Assembly (NCBI GenBank): GCA_001600815.1
Contig: BCKZ01000008.1
Span: 310,001-374,000, forward strand
Direction: 5' to 3'
DNA: 64,000 nt
Origin: Alloascoidea hylecoeti
Taxonomy: Eukaryota
In this document: positions 51,131 through 62,800 of the stretch, one piece after another
Numbering within the stretch: position 1 is the stretch's first letter
How the letters are laid out: every line of letters begins with the position of its first letter
Translations under genes and position numbers: made by a program
Notes under the pieces: generated by a model
What the model was told of the DNA's origin: nothing
Seen by the model: the letters and a program-made list of their open reading frames with translations, nothing else
Database searches by the model: none

Positions 51131-51524
51131 GGTATTGAGTTAGGTTTTAAGGGGGCATGAAATTTCGAGATCGCTGCTACGAGGCTCACGGTTACGAAAT
51201 TTACCCTAGCTATATAATATTATAGTGAGTATTTTGATATCAATAGTAAATATTTAAATGCCTGTTGGAACCAGTTAAGCGAAAAAGCCGCACGACCCTT
51301 TGTTGACTGCCCATGAGTGCAATATTCAACATTATCTACTTCAAAAACTATTAGTTCTTTATAGGAGTTGTTAATTTGTCTTTCACTTTTTGAAAAATGC
51401 TATAATTGTAATTTTAGTTGAATCTGTTATCTCTATATTGATCAAGATCAAATCTTCAATATTAGGTTAAATATATGTAAATATACCATATACGTATTGA
51501 AATTGTTATTACTATTGTCAATTT

Positions 51525-51650
51525 GATTAATTAGATCGAAATATATTGTGATGTTTTAAAAACTTAACTAAAAATAACTCATCTTCGGATTAATTAGATC
51601 GAAATATATTGTGATGTTTTAAAAACTTAACTAAAAATAACTCATCTTCG
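51525..51650. repeat. Perfect 63-bp tandem duplication
   Basis: gattaattagatcgaaatatattgtgatgttttaaaaacttaactaaaaataactcatcttcg x2. Confidence 0.9.
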
Positions 51651-51869
51651 GTAAATCCAAAGATATAATTTACTACTTATAATTACAAATACCATTAGCA
51701 CTGTTGATTAATGAACGTGATTTAAAGAATTATCTTTGAACCCATCCAATATGTATCATTAAGAATAAATCATTGAATAGTTTCATATTAAAAATAGTAA
51801 CGACTCGAGTATTATTTAGCTATGCCACCACACGTATCTTACAGCTATGGCAGACACTAGACAGCAATA

Positions 51870-52680
51870 CAGTCCTTCTACCTATTAATAGCGCTATTTT
51901 CGAAAATAATTAGCGATCTGTCTGAGAATTAATTAGCGTTATTTCCGTAAATTAATTAGTGTTGGCTCTGGAAATCAATTAAAATAAAATTTGATAATTA
52001 ATTAGTGTTGCTTCAGATAATTATTTAGCGTTACCTAGGATAATTTGGTAGTGCTATTTTCGAAAATTGTTTGGTCAAATTTAGCGTTACTTACGAAAAT
52101 TAATTAGCGCTATTCTATAAAATTATTTAGCGATCCGTATTAATTATTAATTAGCCACTTACTCGAAAATTAACTAGTGATCCGTGCAAAAGATTATTGG
52201 TGAAGTTGATGAAAATTAATTAGATTTATCTTTGAAATTTAATTGGCGCTATCTGTAAAAATTAATTCTCAAACAGAGCACCAATTAATTTTTACAGATA
52301 GCGCCAATTAAATTTCAAAGATAAATCTAATTAATTTTCATCAACTTCACCAATAATCTTTTGCACGGATCACTAGTTAATTTTCGAGTAAGTGGCTAAT
52401 TAATAATTAATACGGATCGCTAAATAATTTTATAGAATAGCGCTAATTAATTTTCGTAAGTAACGCTAAATTTGACCAAACAATTTTCGAAAATAGCACT
52501 ACCAAATTATCCTAGGTAACGCTAAATAATTATCTGAAGCAACACTAATTAATTATCAAATTTTATTTTAATTGATTTCCAGAGCCAACACTAATTAATT
52601 TACGGAAATAACGCTAATTAATTCTCAGACAGATCGCTAATTATTTTCAAAAATAGCGCTATTAATAGGTGGAAGGACTG
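51870..52680. mobile_element. Non-autonomous foldback element (Tc1/mariner/pogo-type ends) with ~398-bp inverted arms built from 23-bp subrepeats
   Basis: TA|CAGTCCTTC...GAAGGACTG|TA. Arms 51870-52267 and 52283-52680 differ at 2 positions; 15-bp spacer ctcaaacagagcacc. Confidence 0.8.
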
Positions 52681-55049
52681 TATGATCTTACAGATGTGGT
52701 GCTTCAGCTGCAGGTTTGTTGCACCTATAACTATAAAACAAGCAGTCAGAGAAATTAATGGGTGTTTGTAACTAATTGAGAGATGCTGAACATTCTGCTG
52801 ATAATGATTATGATGCAAAGTTAAGTCATAAGCTCAGGAAAATGAGTCTTTGCGAGACAGTAGACTGAATGGAAAGTTAAAAATAGATATATTTTCACTT
52901 ACTCGATATATATGACTTTATTGATATCTATTTCTTAATATGAACATCCAGTTACGTTTGTAAATACCATCTTCTTGAGTTTGTTTACCGGTATGTAAAT
53001 ACCATCTTCAGGCTGTATTTGTTCATTATTATCGCGTTTTCTAATTGTTTTGTTTGTTTATCTTAACATAAACTTCCTATTGTAAACAAAGTACTAAATT
53101 TAGATCTTTTCTGGTATTCTCAAATAACCGGAAAACTCAAAAGTTCTTAGAATCTGTTTTGTAACGTGAATCTTTCGGCTAGGGAATAATTGTTGAACCG
53201 ATTGTGTATGAACCTTCTCGTTTGTATACCTAGTACTATTTCTGAAATCTTTGTGGGTATTTTAGTGTTTCCATATGAATATCCTTACATTGAATTACTG
53301 AATAAAATATTTAGATTAGTATGTATATAGAATTTACTTTGAAGTTGTCTCAAGTTTTATTAAAGGCTGAGACTATAAAAAAGTTAAAGGAAGAGATTCA
53401 TGGGTATTTAATACAGAACTATCTAACTATTTATATTCTAGAAACTTCTAGAGCTAATTCATTTCATAATTACCCATATAAGACTTTTTTTAATAAGTAC
53501 ATCAAATCAATATACACTGTTTAAGGTCTTATAGCTGCTTAGCTGTACCTTAATATTGTTTAAAAGAGCATACTTGCTTATTCAACTTCGAGTGAGTGTT
53601 TTTAAAACTATCTAATACTTTCTTAAATCTCCTTTATTTAAATTACTGAGTGATATTAAGTCTAGATTTATCAATCCAAACGTCATACATTACAATGATT
53701 AGTTGTAATTAGAGTATTATACTGCACTCTCAGTTTTGGTGACAACATCTGCATCATAGTATTATTTATATTTGCTGTTTCAATATTATTTCAGATACCC
53801 TTGCTGAATTTCAACTCTGTATATAAGATTTATAAATATAGTCTTCGATGCAAGAGAAACAAATAATTTCAGATAATATGATTCTTTGCATGAATTCTTT
53901 CACCTGCAGATAAATTAAGGTTTATCTCAAAAAGTTGACAGAAAGCTCCTTGAACTATAAAATTAAAAAGAGAAAATCTACAATGGGGTTCAATAACTAT
54001 ATAGGTTTGCTAATCCATGTATTTATATTAGAATGGGCTTATATAATCAGACTTGAACATGAAAAGTATTAATGTAACTTACCTACTTACTTAGTTATGT
54101 ACAATCGCAAACAAATTTTCAAATATATATACTAGCTTTTTATATCCTTTAATATAAAACAAGAAAATTTGGACTGATTTGTTATAAGTTCAGCTAAATG
54201 AGAGTTACATTATGTCAAAGATAAATATCATTAGATTAAATACAAGCTTATTTTCACTACCTACGTAAAAAAGGTAACTTCACAATTGCAATCCAAAATA
54301 GGTCTCTTTGATTTTTGAGATTTTATTAAAAGCAAAATAACTCCTTCCAATTACATATAATTATAGTGAATAATACATTAATTTAATTTTGTATTTGGAC
54401 TCAACTTGGAATAACCGCCAAAATATTGGATACACAATTGCTCATATACAATCGTGCAATTATTGTTTTTAGAGATTTTTAGGATACAATTGCAAATTCA
54501 ATTGGAAGCTCAAGAAAAGCTTTACAATTGTATATGTAGCGCTCAGTCGTATTGGTCAATGGGATAAGTCGATTTTTAACTATTTGTGACCAATTTTCTG
54601 TTCAGTATTCCTTTTACAATTAACCACCACCTGAAATACAAGTGAAACAATAATTTCAATTTCTTATAACATATCTTGATATTTTAAAAATCTTCCAAAA
54701 TAAAACAGCCGCATTTTAACAACACAATTGCAAATTTTATGGATATATCAAAGAATAAGCCAATAACGCTAAAATTTACTAATAAATTGGTATGAGCGCT
54801 AAACCATCCATATATGCATTGAAAGATGAACTTTCTCTACATGGGAAAATATAGAAAAGCTTTTAATTATAATTATAATAAGATTTCAAGTAATCCTTTC
54901 CTCCATGCCACAAAAGTTAATACATGTACTAATTTATGTCATTTTTTTACAAAGTCATGTTCATAGTTTATACATCTTTGTTTGCAACTGCTTATATCTT
55001 GAGCCTCAGGATCAGTATTGTAGCTTATCATATAGACCTATATTATGGC

Positions 55050-55273
55050 GCGGAAACAGTCAACGTTATCCATCCCTAAAATTGATATCCAGCCATTTTA
55101 TCCTTTATAATTATAAAAACCAGCCAATAATAACCTTCTATTGATAGATAAGCTAGTGCTAGCACCATCAGTGTTTATCCCTCGGAAACAGTTAACGTTA
55201 CCCATCCCTCAAATATGTTTTATAATCAGCCGTGCCATCTTTTATAATTATGAAAACCAGTCAATTATAACCT
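55050..55273. repeat. Diverged ~85-90-bp direct repeat pair
   Basis: cggaaacagtYaacgttaYccatccct...tttataattatRaaaaccagYcaatWataacct at 55050 and 55183. Confidence 0.75.
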
Positions 55274-58200
55274 ACTTATTTGAATCTTTTGACTTTTTAT
55301 CACTAAATAATTAGAATAAAGATTATTCTTAAAGTCTAACGTAAACCACATTTTCATGGTAGCCGGTTTCAATCACAACGTTATTACTTTTTGGGAGTTT
55401 TAATAATGTAACACTATATATATAACCGATGTTAAGTGAAGTTAAATATATTTAATGACCATTTTTTTTTTTATTTCTGTTGTAGGTTTTATAACACCGA
55501 AGATAGAAGCTTAAAGCCGGTTTATATGAAACCCTAATTATTTTTTGCCGACCGCCGCTGCTGTTATATCAGAATCTTGTTAATGAAGTATATTTTTAAT
55601 AGTAAACATCTTTCAATGCCTCATATCGTTCAAAAGTATATTCAAGTTCTTATAGCTATCCCGATTAAATTTATCTCCATATAATATTACATAGCTGTTA
55701 TACTGTAGTGCCATATGGCTATCTTTGGGTCAAGTTTAAAATCACATATAACACACATGTGAAAGTACTTGCTACCATATGTATGATATCAAACAGTTTT
55801 CTTATAGTTACTTGCATATGTATTTAGATCTTTACTACACCTTTTTAGGAATAGCCTATTATAAAGATAATCATCTTCTCTAGATCTAACTACAAATGGC
55901 TCATATGTCATCAGTATGAATAACCATCAATAGATTTTACCATAATGAGACGGCCATAGTCATCGCAAGAATAATGATATTGACTAAGATATAGAGCTTT
56001 TTATATATACTGTGTTAACTAGTGAATCAACATCTTTTTCTTTGAAGTTAAGGTTCACGTGGTAATATTCTATCAAACAGTCTTTAATTTATAATCTTTA
56101 ATATTAATACATTTTATTCTTTGTGCTCCCTATATTTGATCTCACTTAATATTTTTAAAGGTGCTGTATAATAACGTAATATCAGTTTTGATTATTCATT
56201 TAGATATTACTGTTAGGTGAGATAGATAATAAAAAATATTCAGTCGGATGAATAATATACTCTAGACTCTCTTTTCCCTTGCATAATTATAACCTTTCAA
56301 AACTTTCATATTATGTAATGTTAATGTTTTATTATGCAGCTATAGGTTAAAAAATCGTCTTCATACATATAAGCTTATTCTTAATTTCAAAGAACAAATA
56401 TCTTCAGAAAATTGATGATGCAATTGAAAATTAAATCAATGAATGCTGATGAGTTAACCCCACACAATATTGAAAACAATGTATAAACACACAAATCACT
56501 ATATAAAATAGTATTAATATGGCATGTGCATTTGACACAGGTTATAACTGACTTCAGAAATGAGAAATATAGGACTATTCTTCGGCTCAGAAATGGCATA
56601 TATAATAGGAGGGAAGTTTAAATATAAAACATATTTATTACGTATTGTAGTATTGGAGCTGCTGTAGTAGTATTATTACTTGAGTCTTCACTTTAAGTCA
56701 CCAATCAGCTCTTAATTACTGTGGTTATAATAATAGAATATAATTAATCGTATTTTACACACTGCTTTAACAGTTCAATGGTTCTACTTGTACTAGATAG
56801 ATCTATTATCAATAATAACGCTTTATATCAATTTACTGTGAATCTACTTTACTATGTGTAGGTTAGCCTACTTGTAAACGTACAAGAATAAAATTGATAA
56901 ATAACAATGAAAGTATTTTATCAGAGTAGAAACACATAGTTCGTCTATCTAGGAAAATTTCAACTAATCACACAACTAACTAACAATACAATAGTATTTA
57001 TTGAAAATATATCCTAAGAGTAGACTAAGACCCTCGAGGTTTCGGATTAAGTTCTACTCACCTCTTTCTCACGATTCTTTGTAAACTCAAGTATCATGCC
57101 ATATGCATATATATGAATATAATGTCAAAGTTGTATTCTCATGATGACCTTTTCTAACTTAACGAAGGATGGCATACCAATATAGATCCCTATATGATTA
57201 TGTGAACTATCCAATTTCAGGAAGTTCAAACAATTGATTATTAAAAGTATAAAGTAGCCATAGAAAATAGCTATATATATAGCATCACTTTGTTTGGATT
57301 TAGTTTCAAATCTAGTAATATTAATAATATTGATAATTGTAATGGTTGGTATCACCCTTAGAGAATTTTATCAGTAATTAAATAATTTGCTCCATCATTA
57401 ACATTTAAAGCTGGTATTGTTTTTTTATAGTTCAGCTCGATCGCTAACTCTCACTCAAATGAGGAACAAGAGGATAAGCTTAAACCCGGTTTCAAATAAA
57501 TGGAGTCAGTATATGCATAACAATAGATCTATAGACATCCCTATAGTATATCTTTATCCTTTAAAAGTAAATAATACATAGCATTTGTTACAACTTCGTA
57601 TCGAGGAGCTTGTATAGAAGCTTATGCATACATGCACCAATATAGCTTTTGTTATTTATTTCCTTAAAGGTAATAGATATGCAACATTTGTTACAACATT
57701 GTGTCTTAACGCGACTAAAACAAGATGAATATTAATATGAAAACAAACGCGTAGCTGTGATCTTGGTTTATAAATATAGCTCTATATCCTCTTATCCTTT
57801 TAGTCCAAAACCAATAATATACATTTATTTATCGATTGTTATACTTAAATCTATGGGTATCTATGAAATGGATATTAATTAGTGAAATTGGAAGCCTCAT
57901 GTATATATATGTTTAAACAGTTGCTTACGGATAATCGATAATAAAACCGAATTATTTACTATGACATATGGATATTCTTGATATAAACTCCGTAAAAATA
58001 TTACTCACGTGTTTTATTAATGTTAATATTTCTATTGCAAATTAGAATTTATCTTTTCCGTAAAATTTCAGGTGTTGGAACATGAAGGTTACATGTAAAG
58101 ATTTGCCCTGCATCAAACTATCATCTGCTATGATCTGCTGAAACATGTAGAAAGTCGCAAGGTGAATTTAAAGTTTTTGTGATGAGCTCCGACCAAACGT

Positions 58201-58349
58201 GGATTTCAGATATATTGCATTTATAATCTTATGAAATCTATCAGCGAACATAAACTACCTAAAATTCTATATATAAACGTCGGTGAATCTGCTAAAAAAT
58301 AAAAAACAGATCTATCAACTTCAATCTTGATTAATTATATTTAATAATA

Positions 58350-59495
58350 ATGGTAAAATCAACAACAAAAGCGGTAACAGCCAAAGACGTTCAGAATAGC
58401 GGATTGGTATCTACATTTTGGTGTCATATCACTCCAAAGATTCCACCGCCATTCCCAGAATTAGAGGAATTCTTGAATAAAGTTTCCCATAATCAGTCAA
58501 ATAACCCCACGAAGAAAAGAAGAAGAAGAAAGCCTGCCAATCTTTCCCCCAATAAACCTAAAAGAATAAATGGATTTCTAGCATTTAGATCCTATTACTC
58601 AAGAGATCTAACATTTTTAATTCCTCAATGGGAACTCTCAAGCATATTTGCCCATCTATGGTCTCTAGAAAGTAGCCAACATGTCTGGGAAAGATTTGCT
58701 GAAGATTACAACACAACTACAAACAATCAACTTCCATTCTGCGATTGGATTTTAACAGTTACAAGTCCTACTTCTTCTCTACCTAAAATTTCTTCTCTTC
58801 CTAAAATTTCTACTCTACCTAAAATTTCTTCTCCTGCTCCTAAAAGAATCAATAAACTTACAGTGTCACCAAAAAAGAAATATTTTAACAAGTCGTTACC
58901 ATATCGAGCTGCAAAAGCCAGTCCAAAATCTCAATACATAAATTTTAGTGTGAGTCCAAACAACTCTAATGTTTATGTTACTCCAAATCAGACTCCGGAA
59001 CCAAGTATAAATTCATCTGTAATTGGCTCAGATAGAATGGTTTCACCCCCTTCAAGTCCTTACAACTATGGTAATATTTCTCCTTACACTCCTTCGCAGA
59101 CGCCCATATATAATTATGATGATGCATTTTCAAGTTTTATATCTCTTTCTTCTCCAGTAAAACCAAATTACAATTACTACACTGCTACAGATAATGGTCA
59201 ATATCAATATATGAACCCTGTTGAGAACATTTCATTAGAAGAATCTGCTGCTTCTAAAGTTTTGAAAAATAATATCGAATCATGGTTAGTAGATACAACG
59301 GAGCAGGTCTATGATGATAGATTAACACCAGAAGAAAATGATATGCTACGGGCTATACCAGCATTCTTAGAAGAGGACAGTAGAAACACAACATTCGAGG
59401 CCGAAGGAATGGATTATAATAATTATCTTGATCTGGAATTTGATCATAATCTGGAAGTAGATTCCAGCGCAAATATTTTTGGGTTTGGATTTTGA
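58350..59495 (+). CDS. MATalpha1: Mating-type alpha-box transcription factor (MATalpha1 / MAT1-1-1)
   Basis: KPKRINGFLAFRSYYSR..QWELSSIFAHLWSLE..QHVWERFAEDYN alpha-box. Tail-to-tail with SLA2, the conserved MAT neighbour. Confidence 0.9.
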   Translation: MVKSTTKAVTAKDVQNSGLVSTFWCHITPKIPPPFPELEEFLNKVSHNQSNNPTKKRRRRKPANLSPNKPKRINGFLAFRSYYSRDLTFLIPQWELSSIFAHLWSLESSQHVWERFAEDYNTTTNNQLPFCDWILTVTSPTSSLPKISSLPKISTLPKISSPAPKRINKLTVSPKKKYFNKSLPYRAAKASPKSQYINFSVSPNNSNVYVTPNQTPEPSINSSVIGSDRMVSPPSSPYNYGNISPYTPSQTPIYNYDDAFSSFISLSSPVKPNYNYYTATDNGQYQYMNPVENISLEESAASKVLKNNIESWLVDTTEQVYDDRLTPEENDMLRAIPAFLEEDSRNTTFEAEGMDYNNYLDLEFDHNLEVDSSANIFGFGF

Positions 59496-59862
59496 TATTG
59501 TAAGTAAACGTCATAAAAAAGACGTATAAAAATATAGATATGCCTGTACAATATATATAAAATATGTTATTTAGCTACAATTATTGAATTGAAACTAATT
59601 AATTATTTATTTTTAATTTTTATAAATTGTTTGTAGTTCACATGTCGAAATAAAAAAAAGTACCAAAAATTTCAAAGTGCATATGAGTAAAGGTATAGGG
59701 TTTATATAACTATTGACAATTTAAGTTGATATGGCTTTAAGGACAAAGGTGAATTATCAATACTATATTTTTAAATGATGTAGATATTGATAAGAAAGAC
59801 GAACAATAAACAGTAAAAAAATTATATATATAAAAATTGAGATTCCCTATGAAAAGGATTGT

Positions 59863-62800
59863 TTAACTTTCAACAATGCCTTCCTCGGCTTCATCCTTAT
59901 AACTATACTTTCTAATTTCACCTAATTTCTTTCTTGCTCCTTCTAATTCATTCTGTAATTTCAAAATTTCCACCTGTTGCTCCATTTCTGTTGTCTTCAG
60001 AACATGTGGAGCAAACTTGGAGTAGTCAATTTCCTCATGGCTTTCCTTATATCTCTTTGATAAGATTTCTTGAACTTGGTTAACCAATGACCTACAAGCA
60101 GATGTAACAGCCTTACTAGCAGATTCAAGACGGTCTTGAGTTTTACTCATAAATGTAGCCTTAACTCTTGAAGCAGCGACCAATTGGGCTGTAGAAGCAG
60201 CGACTTCATTAGAGGCAACAATCAGTTGTTCAGGACTATTTTTTGCGTTTAATACACCATCAGCCGTTTCAATCAAGATGTTTGTAGAAGCAGCAACAGC
60301 TTTAGCAGCAGATATTAAACCTTCAGTCCATCTATTATTTTTTTTGTAGAAAGTTGTTCTAGAATCCGAACCTCTACCTTGACTTACAATTTCACGTTGA
60401 GATTCAGTAGCCGCTCGAATCAATAAAGCAATGGCATTTGTAACAGCTATAGCAGCAGCTAAAATAGCTCTGTTAATCTTCATATCAAATTCAGAAATGG
60501 TTGGATCCTGTGGTCTTTCTAGGAGATTTGTTAATCTTTCACTTGCGGCAGCAATTGCATCAGCAGCAGATTCCATTTCACGATCAACTAATTCACCAAG
60601 ATCGCCATCCATTTTTTTAAGATTTGATCTTGGTAATAATGTATCGGCCAATGCAAACAATTTATCCAATTCTTCTTGGAAAACAAAGTTTTCATCAATA
60701 ACTTTATCAGTTTTTTCTTCAACTGATAAATTTTTAATATTTTCAGATAATAAGCTATTAAAAAATTTCCCTGCTGCTTGAGCAGATCTTCTAGCAGAAC
60801 CAATGATATTATCAGCATCTATATCAGTTTTAGCTAATCTTACAATACCTTTCGTATTCAAAACAATATCCGAAACAGCGGTTGTAAACGTTGCAGCAGT
60901 ATTAATAATTTCAGAATGATCATCACCATTTGGTCCCTCTGCCACAAAATTGTTAAAAGCTGTGGCAAAATCAGTCGCAGAAATAGATGCTTTTTCAATA
61001 ACAGATAATAAATATTCAGGTGATGAATTTTGATTACCAGCTTGCATAGGAGAATCCAATTCAAATAATGCATCTTGGATACGCTTTGAACTACTTAATA
61101 AAATTGAATCAATAATACTTGTTAATTTTCCCAAATGATCAAGAATTAATTTATCAATTTCATCATTTAATGCACTATCTTCTGCAGAACGATCATTTGT
61201 TGCATTAGCTAATTCTTGTAAAGCTGTATCTAAAGATTCTTGTAAAATTTCCAATTCTTCATCTTTATCACGAAGTTTAAATTCAAAATCTTCATTCAAA
61301 GCTCTTGAACCATCTTGTTCAGATAATCTTTTCTCCAAATCTGCAACTTCTTTTTGATGTTGTTTTAAAATTAATGATAAGTTTGAACTTTGGGATCTTT
61401 CAGTACTATCCAATTTTTCTTTTAATAAACGAATATCACGTTCTAATTTTTCAACTTCATCTTTAGAACCACCTCTAACTTTATCAAGTTCATATCTCGC
61501 TCTGTCACGTTCTCTAATCAAATCAGCTAATTCCAAGTTTTTAGTCTTTAAATCACGTTCAGCTTTTTCACGTTTTTCAATGGCTTCTTGAGCAGAAGCA
61601 GCTTTTTGTTTATATTGTTTATATTTATTTAATAAATCCAAATGTTCTTGTCTAAGTTGAGAATATAATTTAGCTAATGCTTCATATTTCGATTTCCATA
61701 AATTAATTTGTTCTTGTAATGTTTTAATCATATCATCTTTTGAATTAATTTGTAAAGCAGTATTTGAATTTACTTGAGCTAATTCAGTTTCCAAAGCACG
61801 AACACGTTGATCATATTGTTGTAACATTAATTGATCTTTTTCAAATTGACCACGCAAGTTCAAAATATCACGTTCCAATTCAGCAACACGACCTTGTGCT
61901 TGTGCTTGAACTTGTTGCTGTAATAATTGCTCTTGGGCTAGTCTTTGAGCTTCAGCCTGTTGTCTTTGTTGTTCTTCAAATTGTTGTTGTTGTTGAGCTG
62001 CTAATTGTTGTTGTCTTGCTAGTTCAGCTTCACGTTCTTGTTGTAATCGAAGTTGCTCTGCTTCATATTGTTGTTGAGCTTGTTCGGTAGACCAAAAATC
62101 CACAACGGGTGCAGGATCAGCAGCCGGTGCAGGTGAAGGAGTCACTTCACGAGAAGATTCTTCATTTTCTCGTCTTTTAGGTAAGCGTGGAGCATTACCA
62201 TCATCATCCAAGAATAAATCTGGAGGATCAACAGTCAATCTTGGAATGGTGATGAGGGAAGTTAAATATCTTAAAGATTGACAATCGCTGTAAAAATTAA
62301 ACAGTCTATGATGTTGAGAAGCATATCTTGTGCGTAATGGTTCCAAAGCATCATCAGAGCCTGTGACACTATGCATAGCTCGCAACATACTTGTGCAAAA
62401 CTTGTAAATTCCATAACTTTCAGCAATCAATGGAGTCAAGGCGGATATTTTGCATTCACTAGCTTTTGTGTGAGTTATGCTGGCAAAGATTAACTTTTGG
62501 AGGTCATCAATTGAATCTTGAAGAGACATTAAATCTAAAATAACTTCATATCCTTCATTGGGATCACTTGTAGATTTCAAACTAATGTATTCTTCATACT
62601 CGAACATTCCATTAAAAGCAGGGTGAAGTTTGTGGAAATTCAACTTTTGGAGGAGGTATCTGTCGTATTCACGGATAAGCCTACCATAACCCTTAAAACC
62701 ATCTCCATGAAAAACCCTTCCGAAAGACTCAATAAAACCAATATTTCTCTGGGCTTCAACCAATGCAGATGGATGGCCTTCTTGAAGAACTTTGTGAATC

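Noticed and set aside
51883..52670. CRISPR-like repeat/spacer appearance of the 23-bp array
   Set aside because: Eukaryotic context, a degenerate ~12-bp core with ~11-bp spacers, mirror-image arms, and no cas genes.
56387..57355. Two short hydrophobic minus-strand ORFs as a pheromone receptor or MATalpha2 fragment
   Set aside because: No STE2/STE3 or homeodomain motif; hydrophobicity is expected from AT-rich noncoding DNA.
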